From a virus: a stretch of 64,000 nt of DNA. Below the pieces are notes generated by a model. It saw only the letters and a program-made list of their open reading frames with translations. It made no database searches and was not told the DNA's origin. The position numbers and the translations under genes were made by a program. Location: positions 32,001 through 96,000 of IMG/VR virus record IMGVR_UViG_3300037193_001436. One strand, given 5' to 3'. Shown here piece after piece: positions 44,624-54,799 of the stretch (position 1 is its first letter; each line of letters starts with the position of its first letter).

Positions 44624-46083
44624 CAGGAGACACCTCCAGAAACGGTGATTTGCAGGTTCCCGAGGGTGGGGAATTCCCAGGCCTTGCAGACGATGTCGGC
44701 GGTACCGGACTGCGGTGCGTCGCTGCGGGCGATCAGCGGGATGTTGATGTACCGCACGCCAGGCACCGCGATCAGCGCACCGAAGAAGTCCGACAGGGTG
44801 AGCTTGTCACCGAAATCGACGTTGGCCGGGTCGAGCAGGGTACGGATGGCCTGCTCCGCACTGAACTTGACGGCACTGTTCAGGAAGGACGGCCAGGCTT
44901 CGATGACGACCGGCGTGCCGACCGAGCCGACGTTGATCGAGACGAAGGTCGGTCCGGCGATGGTGACCGTCGTACCGGCCAGGCACTGTGCCGACAGGGA
45001 CTTCAGCGTGCTGGTGATGAGGGTGTTGCTCGGTGCCTGCCCGCCGGGCCCGAGGATGTAGACGGTCACCGAGGTGTGGAAGTCGGCGATCGCGCTGGCC
45101 CGGATCACGCCCGGCACGGTGAGCGCCAGGTCCTCGAAGTCCTGGGTGGTGATCGCCCGGCTGATGGTGCGGTACGAGCGCGGCGCGTTGGCGCGGACCT
45201 GTTCGGTGGACTCGGGGTCGGCTCCGCCGAGGGCGGCGGTGGACAGGGCGACGTCGCTGGCGTCGGTGGCGACGTGGACGCCGGGCGGGTCGGCGCTGGC
45301 GAGCTGGGTGATGGCTCCGGCACCGACGTTGCCCTCGACCCCGTAGCCACTGCGATAGGTCACGGTGATGGGCATGCCGATGACCGGGATCGCGCCGTTG
45401 ACGTCGTCGCCGAAGAGCAGCCAGATGCCGCCCTGGGCGTCCAGCCGGGTGGCGAACACCCGGTCCTGGGGGTCGGCGTCGAGGAGGTGCGGCACGTAGG
45501 TCCAGGTCTCGTTGTTGACCTTCACCGACAGGCCGCCGGAGTAGACGTTGGTGTGCGGGAGCCGGTAGGCCTGGTCGGGCTGGCCGGTCGAGGTGCCGAG
45601 CGAGATGTCGGTGTGGGTCTGGCCCTCCTGGACCGTGACCGCGATGGTGCCTCCTGCGGCCGGGACCGTGACGGCAGCGGTGGTCTCGAAGACGATCTGG
45701 GCGTCCAGGTCCTCGATCATCTCGGTGACGAGCTGGGTGCCGACGGGGACGACGGTGGCAGGCGCGTCTGCGTCGGTCTCCAAGGTGACGCTCGACGTGG
45801 CCGGGATGCCGGTGTGTGGCAGGTACCCGAGCATTTCGGCGATGTTCAGCACCGACTGGCGTTGCGTTGCCGTCGGCAAGTACGCCTCTTGCTTGGACTG
45901 GTCGACGTAGTAGTTGGTGATGTCGCCGACGTAGGCCAGCAGCTCCAGGAGCATGACGCCGAAGTCGCCCTCGGAGGCGGGCTGCCAGTCCGGGAAGGCG
46001 TCGCGGGCGTAGGTGAGCAGGCTGGTGCGCAGGCCGTCGAAGTCCCGGCTGGTGTAGTCGATGACCGGCAGTTGGTTAACCAC
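44623..46083 (-). CDS. baseplate J-like wedge protein
   Basis: IDYTSRDF..., GGADPES...RAITTQDFE. Confidence 0.92.
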   Translation of the reverse strand: MVNQLPVIDYTSRDFDGLRTSLLTYARDAFPDWQPASEGDFGVMLLELLAYVGDITNYYVDQSKQEAYLPTATQRQSVLNIAEMLGYLPHTGIPATSSVTLETDADAPATVVPVGTQLVTEMIEDLDAQIVFETTAAVTVPAAGGTIAVTVQEGQTHTDISLGTSTGQPDQAYRLPHTNVYSGGLSVKVNNETWTYVPHLLDADPQDRVFATRLDAQGGIWLLFGDDVNGAIPVIGMPITVTYRSGYGVEGNVGAGAITQLASADPPGVHVATDASDVALSTAALGGADPESTEQVRANAPRSYRTISRAITTQDFEDLALTVPGVIRASAIADFHTSVTVYILGPGGQAPSNTLITSTLKSLSAQCLAGTTVTIAGPTFVSINVGSVGTPVVIEAWPSFLNSAVKFSAEQAIRTLLDPANVDFGDKLTLSDFFGALIAVPGVRYINIPLIARSDAPQSGTADIVCKAWEFPTLGNLQITVSGGVS

Positions 46084-46486
46084 GAACGACTTCCTTCACC
46101 TCTCCGCCGACCAGGATCCGGGCCTGGTTGACCCGCGCCCCGGTGACGTCGGTCGACCCGGATTCGCGCCGGGCGTAGTCGACGTCCATGCGCACCTCGC
46201 CGGTGTTGCCCTGGACCGGGATGGCACGGTTCAGCAGCACGCCAGGTTCCCAGGCCTGGAGGGCGGCACCAACCTTGTCGTTGATGTGCTCGACGCCGAT
46301 GTCGTCCACCTCCTCGAACAGCAGGCTGGCCAATTGGACGCCGTACTCGGGGACCATCACTCGTTCGCCCGGTTCAGTGCTGACCAGGGAAATAACATGT
46401 TGGTGCACTTGTCGTTCCGTGTTGGTGATCGCCTGAATGCCGTAGCTCGTGCTCAGGCGAAACGGCACGGCGATCTCCGATGACAT
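46076..46486 (-). CDS. gp25/W-like baseplate wedge (sheath initiator)
   Basis: TEPGERVMVPEYG...LFE...WEP. Confidence 0.92.
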   Translation of the reverse strand: MSSEIAVPFRLSTSYGIQAITNTERQVHQHVISLVSTEPGERVMVPEYGVQLASLLFEEVDDIGVEHINDKVGAALQAWEPGVLLNRAIPVQGNTGEVRMDVDYARRESGSTDVTGARVNQARILVGGEVKEVVRG

Positions 46487-46523
46487 GTCTCAAGTATCCT
46501 TCCCTGCTTGGCGACTCTGAGAG

Positions 46524-47666
46524 TCAGTTCAACTGGACGATGTCGAGGGATTCCGACTCCCAGAACACCCCGTCACGACGTACGCAGCCCACAACGTCAG
46601 GGGTGCCGGACAACTGCGCGGTGCGGGTGAAGTCGGGTTGAACCCCTTGGTTTCGGGACATCTCGACGTCGGTCGAATGTGCTGTGGTGCCGGTCCGGTT
46701 GATGTTCATCACGTGCCGGGTGCTCTCGATGTGCCAGACGCCGGTGTGCTCGACGGGGACACGGGGGCCGTCGATCCAGACCAGCTTGCCCGGCCGCAGC
46801 AAAGGGGCCCCGGGCAACCGCACGGTCGCGGTCAGCCAGTTCTGCAGCCGATTGGCAGTGGCGAGCCTGTCGCGGGCCTCGCTATAGCTGGTCACCTCAC
46901 CGGGCAGCACTGTGGTCAGAGCGGGCTTGAAGCCGACCGTGTCGTCCGGCCGCGTCTTGAGGACGGTGTTGGAGCGGACAGTGAAGGCACCCTTGGTGGC
47001 CGCGCTGCGCCCCAGCACGATCTTCTCGCTGACCACTCCCCCGCTGCGTGGAGCCAGGGTGCCGGAGGTGACCTCGAAGTCGGTGACGGTGCTGTACTTC
47101 GGGACGAACGTAGTTGTTGCACCGAGCAACAGGACGTTGGGGTCGACGAACAACACCGTGCCACCGTCGACCCAGAGTCGGAATCCGGTCTCGGCGGCCA
47201 GCCGCTGCAAGGCCTGGAAGTCGGACTCGGTGGTGATCGTGAACGTCGGTAGAGTTCGGGTAGAGCGGTGTAGTAGCGCACGCATCCTGTGCTTGCGGGA
47301 GATTTCAGCGGCGGCGAACGACGGTGTGACGTTGCTCCAGGCCCGGGGGTCGGAACCGTTCATCCGCAGCGACGTGCCCAGGCACAGGTAGCGCACCGTC
47401 GGCACGCCGTCGTCGTCGGTCAGCACCTCGCAGTGGTTGACGTAGCCGAAGAAGCGCGACTGCTCGGTGGCCGACCGACCCCACTGCAGCACGACCGAGG
47501 TCATCTCCGGGTAGAGCGCCCCGCCGGTGGTCCGCAGCAGGCTGGTCGCGACCGACATGTCGACGATCGCCAGGGTGTGGCGTTCGTAGGCCTGCCGCAG
47601 CTCGAACCGGGTGATGGATCCCCGTGCCGCCTGGTCGTCGAAGATGGCCGAGACGAAGTTAGACAC
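46524..47666 (-). CDS. baseplate hub protein (Mu gp44/gpD-like)
   Basis: ESDFQALQRLAAETGF...G...LRPG...G.W....H. Confidence 0.8.
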   Translation of the reverse strand: MSNFVSAIFDDQAARGSITRFELRQAYERHTLAIVDMSVATSLLRTTGGALYPEMTSVVLQWGRSATEQSRFFGYVNHCEVLTDDDGVPTVRYLCLGTSLRMNGSDPRAWSNVTPSFAAAEISRKHRMRALLHRSTRTLPTFTITTESDFQALQRLAAETGFRLWVDGGTVLFVDPNVLLLGATTTFVPKYSTVTDFEVTSGTLAPRSGGVVSEKIVLGRSAATKGAFTVRSNTVLKTRPDDTVGFKPALTTVLPGEVTSYSEARDRLATANRLQNWLTATVRLPGAPLLRPGKLVWIDGPRVPVEHTGVWHIESTRHVMNINRTGTTAHSTDVEMSRNQGVQPDFTRTAQLSGTPDVVGCVRRDGVFWESESLDIVQLN

Positions 47667-47931
47667 TGGGGATCCTCAGCAAGGTGCCGCGCGGGAGCAC
47701 CAACCAGTCGTGGATCTCGGGGTTGGCGTCGGCGATCATCCACCACAGCTTCGCCAGCCCGAGGAAACGATAGGCGAGCTGGTCGATGCGCTCTCCATCG
47801 CGGACCAGGTAGTTGGTGTAGGCAATGACCCGCTCGGCTGGCTGGGGAGTGATGACAGTCTGCCGGGCTCCGGTGCGGCTCTGGACGGTCTGGATGCTGG
47901 AGGTGGTGTATCGCGAGTCTGCGTTGATCAT
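47659..47931 (-). CDS. LysM/tail-X baseplate protein
   Basis: GERIDQLAYRFLG...WWMIADANP...G..LRIP. Confidence 0.88.
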   Translation of the reverse strand: MINADSRYTTSSIQTVQSRTGARQTVITPQPAERVIAYTNYLVRDGERIDQLAYRFLGLAKLWWMIADANPEIHDWLVLPRGTLLRIPSV

Positions 47932-47939
47932 GTGGCCTC

Positions 47940-48707
47940 CTATCCGACCGGGAGAACCGGGTAGTCCTTACCCGGAATGGCTTCCTGCGGCTTGTTCGGG
48001 TTCGGCGTTGTGGTGCTGCTCGATGAGGAGCCGATGGTGGCGATGTTGGCGGGCGTGGTGAGGACGACGTTGAAGGAGATGCCGACGGCCGCGCGGGTGG
48101 GGATCATGTCGTAGGACCAGTGGGTGTAGGACACCGAGAACGCGGAGATGTAGCCGAAGTACTTCAGCCGGTCGCCGACGTACAGGTAGGAGTACACCTG
48201 CTGGATCTGGCTGCGGGGGTAGAGCTGTTCCCAGGAGGACGACGCGGTGTAGGAGGCATCGATCAGCCCCAGGTACGCGTAGAAGGCGAGCACGTCGGCG
48301 TGCACACCGAAGACCGAGGCGACTTCGAAGGAGCGGTCCCACACCTCATAGGTGCGGTCGAACAACAGGTTCAGCGAGAGCTGGCCCTCGCCGAACGTCG
48401 CGGCCGTAACGGACTTGTCGGTGCCCTCGGGGTCGGCCTGCGAGCCGTCGTAGGTGAGCGCGACGTCCAGCGTGGTGGGGTTGAACATGAAGTTGACCTG
48501 CAGCCCACCGGTGACCGCGACGATCCGACCTCGCTTGATCGGCCGGTCCTTCAGCGCCGGGTTCGCACCGCCGGTGGACAGCATGCGGGGATCGAACGGC
48601 GGGTTGAGGTTCGGCCGACCGCCGGGGCCGGGATAGTTCGGCGGGCCCTGCAGTTGCGGAGTGACCGGGGTCGGGCTTCCGCCGTCCCCCGGCAGCGAAT
48701 TCCTCAT
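47940..48707 (-). CDS. tail tube initiator
   Basis: FMFNPTT...LLFDRT...G.I....V.YTHW..DMIPTRA. Confidence 0.75.
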   Translation of the reverse strand: MRNSLPGDGGSPTPVTPQLQGPPNYPGPGGRPNLNPPFDPRMLSTGGANPALKDRPIKRGRIVAVTGGLQVNFMFNPTTLDVALTYDGSQADPEGTDKSVTAATFGEGQLSLNLLFDRTYEVWDRSFEVASVFGVHADVLAFYAYLGLIDASYTASSSWEQLYPRSQIQQVYSYLYVGDRLKYFGYISAFSVSYTHWSYDMIPTRAAVGISFNVVLTTPANIATIGSSSSSTTTPNPNKPQEAIPGKDYPVLPVG

Positions 48708-51529
48708 ACGAGCACGCCCTCCGTCAGCTTCTTGATCTTCTCGTTCTGGGCGAGCTGGTCGGCGATCGCCTTGCCCAGGTCGTTGACGCCGGTCGAGGTG
48801 ACACCCGCCGACGTGGTGATGGTGATCGCGCCCTGCTCGATCGTGATCTGCAGGCCTGCGCCGGTCTGCGGGCCGAGGCGGCTGGTCGCGCCGTAGGCGG
48901 TGCCGTTGAGCAGCACCTCGCGGATCTGCCGGGCTTCCTTGGCCCCGATGATCATCTCGCCCTTGTGGACCCGGGCGTCCTCGTCCTTCGGGATCTCCCA
49001 CGCGCCGGTGTCGTACCAGTGCGGGCTGCGGGATTGCCATTTCGCCCAGGCGTTGACCGGGTTGCCGTACCGATCGGCGATGTAGGCCAGCCCGGCCTTT
49101 GTCTGCCCGCGCGGATCGGAGGTCTTCTTTACTCCATATCCGCTCCATGTTGAATTCAAAAACTGGAACAGTCCGTAGGCCGTGCTCGTGGGGTTTTGTG
49201 CTGTATTTCTGAAACCCGACTCGTGCATGACGAGTTGGTACAGCGCGTCCCACTGCTTCCCGGTCCAGCCCTTGGCCGCCGCCATTTCCTTGACGATCGC
49301 CTTGTTGCCGCTGACACTGCTCGGCGCGGACGGGATGCTGGAGCCGGACGTGCCCGAGCTGGCGTTGTTGCTGGATGACGGAGTGGTGTTCGCGGTGGTG
49401 TCGGGCGGTGCTGCGCCCATGCCCATCGATCCGGCTCCGGCGAACGCGGCCAGCGCCGCGCGCTCGCTGGTGATGATCGCACCGGCACCGGCTCCGGACG
49501 CGCCGCTCTCGGCCATGGACTGGACACCGGAGGCCGCTCCGGCGGTCGAGGTGCCCTGACTGGAGGTGCTGACACTGCTCTCCGAGATGGCCACGCTGGT
49601 ACCGGACAGGTACGGGGCTGGGTTCACCGGTCGGCCGTTGATGTGGATCTCGAAGTGCAGGTGCGGGCCTGTGGCACGGCCTGTGGAGCCGACGTAGCCG
49701 ATGACCTCGCCCTGCTGCACCCGAGACCCGACCCGTGCCTTGACGCGGCTCTGGTGGGCGTACAGCGTCTCGTAGCCGCCGCCGTGGTTGATGATGACGT
49801 GGTTGCCCGCCCAGTAGTTGGCTCCCCGGCTGCCCGAGAAGGTCACTGTCCCGGCCGCCGAGGCGTGGATCGGCGTACCGGAGCTGGCCCCGAAGTCGAT
49901 GCCGGTGTGGGTCTTGGTCCGGCCGTTGATCGGGTCCTTGCGCGAGCCGAACCCTGAGGTGATCCGTCCGGCGACGGGCTTGGCGAACTTCAGGGTCGTC
50001 TTGCCGACCGAGGCCTTGGCCGACCCCGACGAGGTCCCCGGCGATCCGGAGGCACTGTTCGAGCCGAGCTTGTTCGAGCTGGTGGACAGCGGGGTGCCCT
50101 GGGCCCGGTTGGTCATGCCCTCGCTGACCTCGCCACCGGTTTGGTTGCTCTGGGCACCGATGTCGGAGATGCTTCCGCCGCCGGGACTGAGGACGCCCTT
50201 GGCTCCGCCGTAGTAGCCGACGGCCGAGCCGAGCGGGCCGTTGAGCAGCTTGTTGATGACGTCGGTGAACGCGGTCAGTGCGTCGGTGGCGTTGCGGGCT
50301 CCGGCGGCGAAGGCGTCGGTCATGCCGAGGTCGCGGTCGCGCTTGGCCGCGCCGAGTTCCTTCTGCTCGCCGACGATGCTGGTCGGGTTGACGCCCGCCT
50401 GCTTGAGTTTGTCCAGGGCCTGCTTGCGTTCGCCCCGGTTGGCCGAGTTCGCCTGGGCTCCGAGCTGCTGCAGGGTCTCGAAGTTCATCCCGTTCATGCG
50501 GGCGATCAGGATGGCGCGGATCTCTTCCTTGATGATGTCGCGGGTGCCCTGGGGCAGCAGGCCGTGGGCCTCCCAGTTCCGCAGCGTCGTCTCGATCGCG
50601 CCGTTGGGGTCGTCAAGGTGGAAGTTGATCTTGTCCGAAGTGTTGATGGACTGCCAGTTGCCGATCTTCTGCAGGATCTGCCGGGCCAGGCTGAGCGGGT
50701 CCATGTGGTTGCCCGGACCCTTGCCGGTGTCGATACCCATCCCCCGCAGGCCGACGGTGACGTTGGGCTGGTTGAGCTGCACCATTGCCTGTGCGACCTG
50801 CGCGTTGCCCAGACCGGGGTTGATCAGTCCGGCCACGCCGGTCGCGGCGGTCGCGCCTCGGTCGCTGGCCGAGCCGACCTGGACGCCGAGGCCTCGGGAC
50901 AGTGCGTAGCGGCCCTGGGCGACGTCGGCCATCGAGAGGCCGGTCACCTGGCCCTTCATCGAGTTGAGGATCTGGTCGCGGGTGTTGGCTCCGCCGAGGG
51001 AGAGCTGGGAGGCGATCAGGTCGGCGGTGTACATGCCGGGGGCACCGGCGTTGATCATCCGGTTGATACCCGCAGCCGCCGCGTAGCCGCCCGCGACCGC
51101 GAGGCCGGACTTGCCTCCGGCGGTCTGCATCATCCGGCCAAACATGCCAGGCGGGGGCTGCTGTCCGCCGCCTCCACCCTGGCCACCACCGCCTCCGCCG
51201 CCCGAGCCACCAGAACCGGCACCGCCCGGGGGCTGGCCGCCGTTGAAAGTGGCTCCTCCCCCGTTGGTGCCTCGGGGCGGCTGCTGGCCGCCCAGCGGGC
51301 CTTGACCGCCGTTGTTACCCCACCACCCCAACGTGGGGAAGGCCCCGGCTCCGACGCCGCCCATCCCGCTGGCGGCCGTCATCCGGTTCATCTGGTGCAG
51401 TTGTGGCACCAGGCTGGACAGGCCCTGGTTCAGGTGATCGATCGTGCTCTTGAGGCTGTCGATCGAGGTCTGCAGATGGTTGGTGCCGAGCAGGCCACTG
51501 CCTGCTGTCGAGATCGGCTCATCCGCCAT
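48704..51529 (-). CDS. tape measure protein with M23 peptidase and lytic transglycosylase domains
   Basis: HTGIDF...YAHQ...GPHLHFE (M23); HESGF...AYGLFQF (SLT); follows the tail chaperones. Confidence 0.88.
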   Translation of the reverse strand: MADEPISTAGSGLLGTNHLQTSIDSLKSTIDHLNQGLSSLVPQLHQMNRMTAASGMGGVGAGAFPTLGWWGNNGGQGPLGGQQPPRGTNGGGATFNGGQPPGGAGSGGSGGGGGGGQGGGGGQQPPPGMFGRMMQTAGGKSGLAVAGGYAAAAGINRMINAGAPGMYTADLIASQLSLGGANTRDQILNSMKGQVTGLSMADVAQGRYALSRGLGVQVGSASDRGATAATGVAGLINPGLGNAQVAQAMVQLNQPNVTVGLRGMGIDTGKGPGNHMDPLSLARQILQKIGNWQSINTSDKINFHLDDPNGAIETTLRNWEAHGLLPQGTRDIIKEEIRAILIARMNGMNFETLQQLGAQANSANRGERKQALDKLKQAGVNPTSIVGEQKELGAAKRDRDLGMTDAFAAGARNATDALTAFTDVINKLLNGPLGSAVGYYGGAKGVLSPGGGSISDIGAQSNQTGGEVSEGMTNRAQGTPLSTSSNKLGSNSASGSPGTSSGSAKASVGKTTLKFAKPVAGRITSGFGSRKDPINGRTKTHTGIDFGASSGTPIHASAAGTVTFSGSRGANYWAGNHVIINHGGGYETLYAHQSRVKARVGSRVQQGEVIGYVGSTGRATGPHLHFEIHINGRPVNPAPYLSGTSVAISESSVSTSSQGTSTAGAASGVQSMAESGASGAGAGAIITSERAALAAFAGAGSMGMGAAPPDTTANTTPSSSNNASSGTSGSSIPSAPSSVSGNKAIVKEMAAAKGWTGKQWDALYQLVMHESGFRNTAQNPTSTAYGLFQFLNSTWSGYGVKKTSDPRGQTKAGLAYIADRYGNPVNAWAKWQSRSPHWYDTGAWEIPKDEDARVHKGEMIIGAKEARQIREVLLNGTAYGATSRLGPQTGAGLQITIEQGAITITTSAGVTSTGVNDLGKAIADQLAQNEKIKKLTEGVLV

Positions 51530-51695
51530 CGTCGGACCCCTTGCGCAGTTCGGTGTTCCGCCAGGCGAAGAAGGCGATCCAGTGCCTTCGTTCGCGCACG
51601 GTCAACCGGCGTATTTCGCGTAGGGTCCAAGCCGGGTGTAGTACGACTAGTTGTTCGAATTCGAATGCCGTGTCATGCCAGGTACAGATCTGGAA
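51519..51695 (-). CDS. tail assembly chaperone C-terminal extension (frameshift product)
   Basis: W.LREIRRL..RER..W motif; no start codon of its own; overlaps the chaperone end in the +1 frame. Confidence 0.65.
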   Translation of the reverse strand, partial: FQICTWHDTAFEFEQLVVLHPAWTLREIRRLTVRERRHWIAFFAWRNTELRKGSDDGG

Positions 51696-52506
51696 ATAAG
51701 GCGACCGGTCCGATGCCGACCACGGTCGTTTCCCCACAGTCGTCATGCGTTACGGGCACCTCATTGTATCGAGCGCCCGGCATCCGGTTGTTCATCTCGC
51801 GGAGCAGCCGGGTGCGGTCCGGCAGCGACATGTCGCGGACCGTCGACTCGAATCCGGCGACCGGCATCTCCATGCCGTTGGCGTCGGTGATGGTCTCCAC
51901 ACATCGCTGGAGCAGGATCGTGTTGCGCTCAGCGTTGGTGGTGTTCTCCCTCTCCAGGTACGCGGCCTGGTCGTGTCCGTTGGGCAGCCGGACGCGGGCG
52001 CTGCGTCCGTTGCGGAGGGCAACGGTAAACGTGGCTTCGCTGCGGTCCTGCAGGGGCTTGATCGGCACGTCGTCGGTGTGCACGATCGCATCGAACAACT
52101 CGTCGCAACCTGCGCACTTGAGATTCGCCATCTCGATCTCGGGACCCCAGGTGACCTTCCGGATGGCCATCAGCAAGTAGTCGCGGTCTCCGACCAGCAA
52201 CTTACCGACGGCATCGGAGTTGGCGGATTCGCCGTCGATCTTCTCAACCGCCAACTCCAACAGGGTGGCGATCCAGCGAGAGACCGGGCCACGCACCCTG
52301 GCGAGGGCTTCCTCGTCGGCTCCCGTGAGTTCGCGGACTTCGACCTTCTGGCCGGTGCCGGGAAGGGTGAACAGGTTGTCGGCCGGTGGTTCGAGTTGTG
52401 GTTTGGGCGCAGGCTCGGAGGCTGGCCCGTCAGCCAGGATGGCCGCGATCTGGGCGTTGGCCTGCTCGGGGTTCTCCATCGGGTCGACGCGCACGAAGTC
52501 TGACAC
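51673..52506 (-). CDS. tail assembly chaperone (T4 gp26/51-like, zinc site)
   Basis: VRELTGADEE, L.VGDRD.LL..IR..TWG, CAGC; between tube and tape measure. Confidence 0.8.
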   Translation of the reverse strand: MSDFVRVDPMENPEQANAQIAAILADGPASEPAPKPQLEPPADNLFTLPGTGQKVEVRELTGADEEALARVRGPVSRWIATLLELAVEKIDGESANSDAVGKLLVGDRDYLLMAIRKVTWGPEIEMANLKCAGCDELFDAIVHTDDVPIKPLQDRSEATFTVALRNGRSARVRLPNGHDQAAYLERENTTNAERNTILLQRCVETITDANGMEMPVAGFESTVRDMSLPDRTRLLREMNNRMPGARYNEVPVTHDDCGETTVVGIGPVALFPDLYLA

Positions 52507-52631
52507 GAGTTGTTCTCCAAGTTGGTGAACCCGGCGTGAGAGCTGAGGGAAGCAGTCCCACGCCGGGGCTGTGGTCGCAACCACGGTTTAGTCCTTGATC
52601 ACGCTACCCAGGGCATTGGGCAGAGTGTGAG

Positions 52632-53195
52632 CTACAGCGAGGCCGCTCCGTAGGAGCCGTGGGCAACGAAGTCGAAGCCCTCGTGGGCCAGGGTCATCTG
52701 CTGGATCATGATCGCGTTGGCACCGGCGTCGAAGTCGCTGAACGCGACCGAGGTCGGCCACGCGTTGTAGACGGTGAACAGTGCCTTCACCGGCGTGGAT
52801 CCCTTGGTGATCGGGTGGTCGAGCACCTTGATCTGAACGGTGGTGCGGAAGTCACCGGCTCCGGCAGGCCGAGTGCCGGTGCCCTGCATGACGGCGAACA
52901 GCTCCTTCATCCAGGACATGTTGGCGTTGCCTGCGGCACCTACCGCCACACCCTTGCTCAGCGTCAGCGGGCTGAAGTCCGACTGGCCGGGCATTTTCTG
53001 TGTGGTCGTGTTCATCCCGCCCTCGCGGTACGGGATCACCTCGGTGGTGATGGACAGGCCGGAGACGGACATGAAGCCCATGTGGACGTCGTACCCCAGC
53101 GACTGCTTGCCGTTGATCGTGACAACGAACTTGAAGTTGCGCAGAGGGTCCGTCGTCATGTGCGCGATCGACGACTTCGCGGGGATGGCAGCCAT
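52632..53195 (-). CDS. tail tube protein (T4 gp19-like)
   Basis: DPLRNFKF, GF.SVSGL, YREGG, LTLSKG, NAWP, LAHEG. Confidence 0.95.
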   Translation of the reverse strand: MAAIPAKSSIAHMTTDPLRNFKFVVTINGKQSLGYDVHMGFMSVSGLSITTEVIPYREGGMNTTTQKMPGQSDFSPLTLSKGVAVGAAGNANMSWMKELFAVMQGTGTRPAGAGDFRTTVQIKVLDHPITKGSTPVKALFTVYNAWPTSVAFSDFDAGANAIMIQQMTLAHEGFDFVAHGSYGAASL

Positions 53196-53209
53196 GGCTC
53201 AAAAGCTCC

Positions 53210-54751
53210 TTAGGCAGTGATCTCGGTGGTCGCGCCGCCGTCGAACTGGCCGATGCGGATGATGATGAACTCGGCCGGGCTGTTCAGCGCCACTCCGACC
53301 TCGACGTTGACGATCCCGGCGTTCTGCGAGGCGGGCTGGTTGTTCTCGGCGTCGCACTTGACGTAGAACGCGGTCTCCGGGATGGAGCCCTTGAGCAGCC
53401 CCGACTGCATCTGGGCGATCAGGTACTGCGTGACGACGACCTCGATCTGCTCCCACAGCGCCGCGTTGTTGGGCTCGAAGATCGCGAACGCGGTGATGTC
53501 CCGCAGCGCCTTGGACAGGCTGATCAGCGCCCGGCGGATGTTGACGTAGCGGTCCGGCATCCGGGTGTTCAGGGTGCGAGCGCCCATGATGCAGAAGCCC
53601 GCGCCGGTGACCTGCCGGATGACGTTGACACCCGCTTGGTTCAGGGTGTCGAGCTGGGTCTCGCTGAACCGGCTGTGCACGCCGAGCACGCCCTTGACGG
53701 CGGTGTCGAGCCCGGCCGGAGCCTTGTGCACACCCCGAGAGGTGTCAGTCAGGGCGTACTGCCCCACGACAGCGCCTCCAGGGGCCACCAGGCGCATCGC
53801 GCCGGGCACGGACGACGCCGGGTCGGCAAGGTACAACCAGGGCGCGTAGACGGCCGCGTACGACGTCTTGGGGACCGTACCGACGAAGGTGGTCATCGCG
53901 GTGGTGACCTCGGCCGCTGCGTCGGTGGCTGCGGGCTTGGGCCCGTCGACCACGACGAAGATGTTGGTGCGTCCGGCAGCCCAGTTGACGACGTCGGTGA
54001 GGGTGGTGCCGTTGCTGACGCCGGGGAGGTTCAGCGTGATGACGTTGTCCACCGCTTCGAGCTTCTTGGCGGCGGCCACCAGGTCAGGCGTGCCGGTGCC
54101 CTCGGTGCCGCCGGTCAAGGGAGCCTTGACTGCCGAGGCCGGGTTGCTGTTGGCGTCGACCCACGGCGACAGCGTGGCCAGCGTGACGTACTTCGAGCCG
54201 ACCGTCAGCGAGTTCACGATCGTGACCGCGTTGCGCGAGTCGGCCGGGTCGAGGGTCAGGTCGACGAAGGTCTCGCGGGCCAGCAGGCCGCCGCCGGTTC
54301 CGGCCTCGATGGTGAGGTCGAAGCGGGACTCGTCGGTCGAGGGCTGCACGGTGACGTAGATGCGGGTCGGGCTGGTGGCGTCGCTGGCCCAGGAGCCGGG
54401 CGAGGACGCGGTGACCTTCAGCATCGGGATCGGCGTGACGGCCGTGGTGTCGTTGATCGTCAGTGAGGCCGCGACCGCGTTGGTGTTGATGCCTCGGACG
54501 ATGTAGGCCAGGTGCCCGCCGTTGCTGAAGTACTGCCAGACGCCGTAGTGCAAGTCATCCGGGCTGGAGCGGATGTCACCGAACAGGGACTGGAACTGCG
54601 TCCAGGAGGTGACCAGAGTCGGCCCGACAGGCCCGCCGCGCGTCGAGGTGCCGACGAAGGCCGCGACGTAGTCGCCGGATCCTACCGCCGGGTCGGCGAG
54701 CGGCTGAAGGCTCTCCTCGATGAAGACGCCAGGCCGCTGGTACGTAGCCAT
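53210..54751 (-). CDS. contractile tail sheath protein
   Basis: YQRPGVFIEE, RGVHKAPAG, GARTL, YVNIRR, FEPN, PAEFI. Confidence 0.96.
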   Translation of the reverse strand: MATYQRPGVFIEESLQPLADPAVGSGDYVAAFVGTSTRGGPVGPTLVTSWTQFQSLFGDIRSSPDDLHYGVWQYFSNGGHLAYIVRGINTNAVAASLTINDTTAVTPIPMLKVTASSPGSWASDATSPTRIYVTVQPSTDESRFDLTIEAGTGGGLLARETFVDLTLDPADSRNAVTIVNSLTVGSKYVTLATLSPWVDANSNPASAVKAPLTGGTEGTGTPDLVAAAKKLEAVDNVITLNLPGVSNGTTLTDVVNWAAGRTNIFVVVDGPKPAATDAAAEVTTAMTTFVGTVPKTSYAAVYAPWLYLADPASSVPGAMRLVAPGGAVVGQYALTDTSRGVHKAPAGLDTAVKGVLGVHSRFSETQLDTLNQAGVNVIRQVTGAGFCIMGARTLNTRMPDRYVNIRRALISLSKALRDITAFAIFEPNNAALWEQIEVVVTQYLIAQMQSGLLKGSIPETAFYVKCDAENNQPASQNAGIVNVEVGVALNSPAEFIIIRIGQFDGGATTEITA

Positions 54752-54799
54752 GCAAGACTCCTAAGAAGTTGGTACTTAGGGTCCGAGTCATGGTCCGAG

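Noticed and set aside
44623-54751. Extracellular contractile injection system or tailocin
   Set aside because: Portal, scaffold, capsid and replication genes show this is a complete phage
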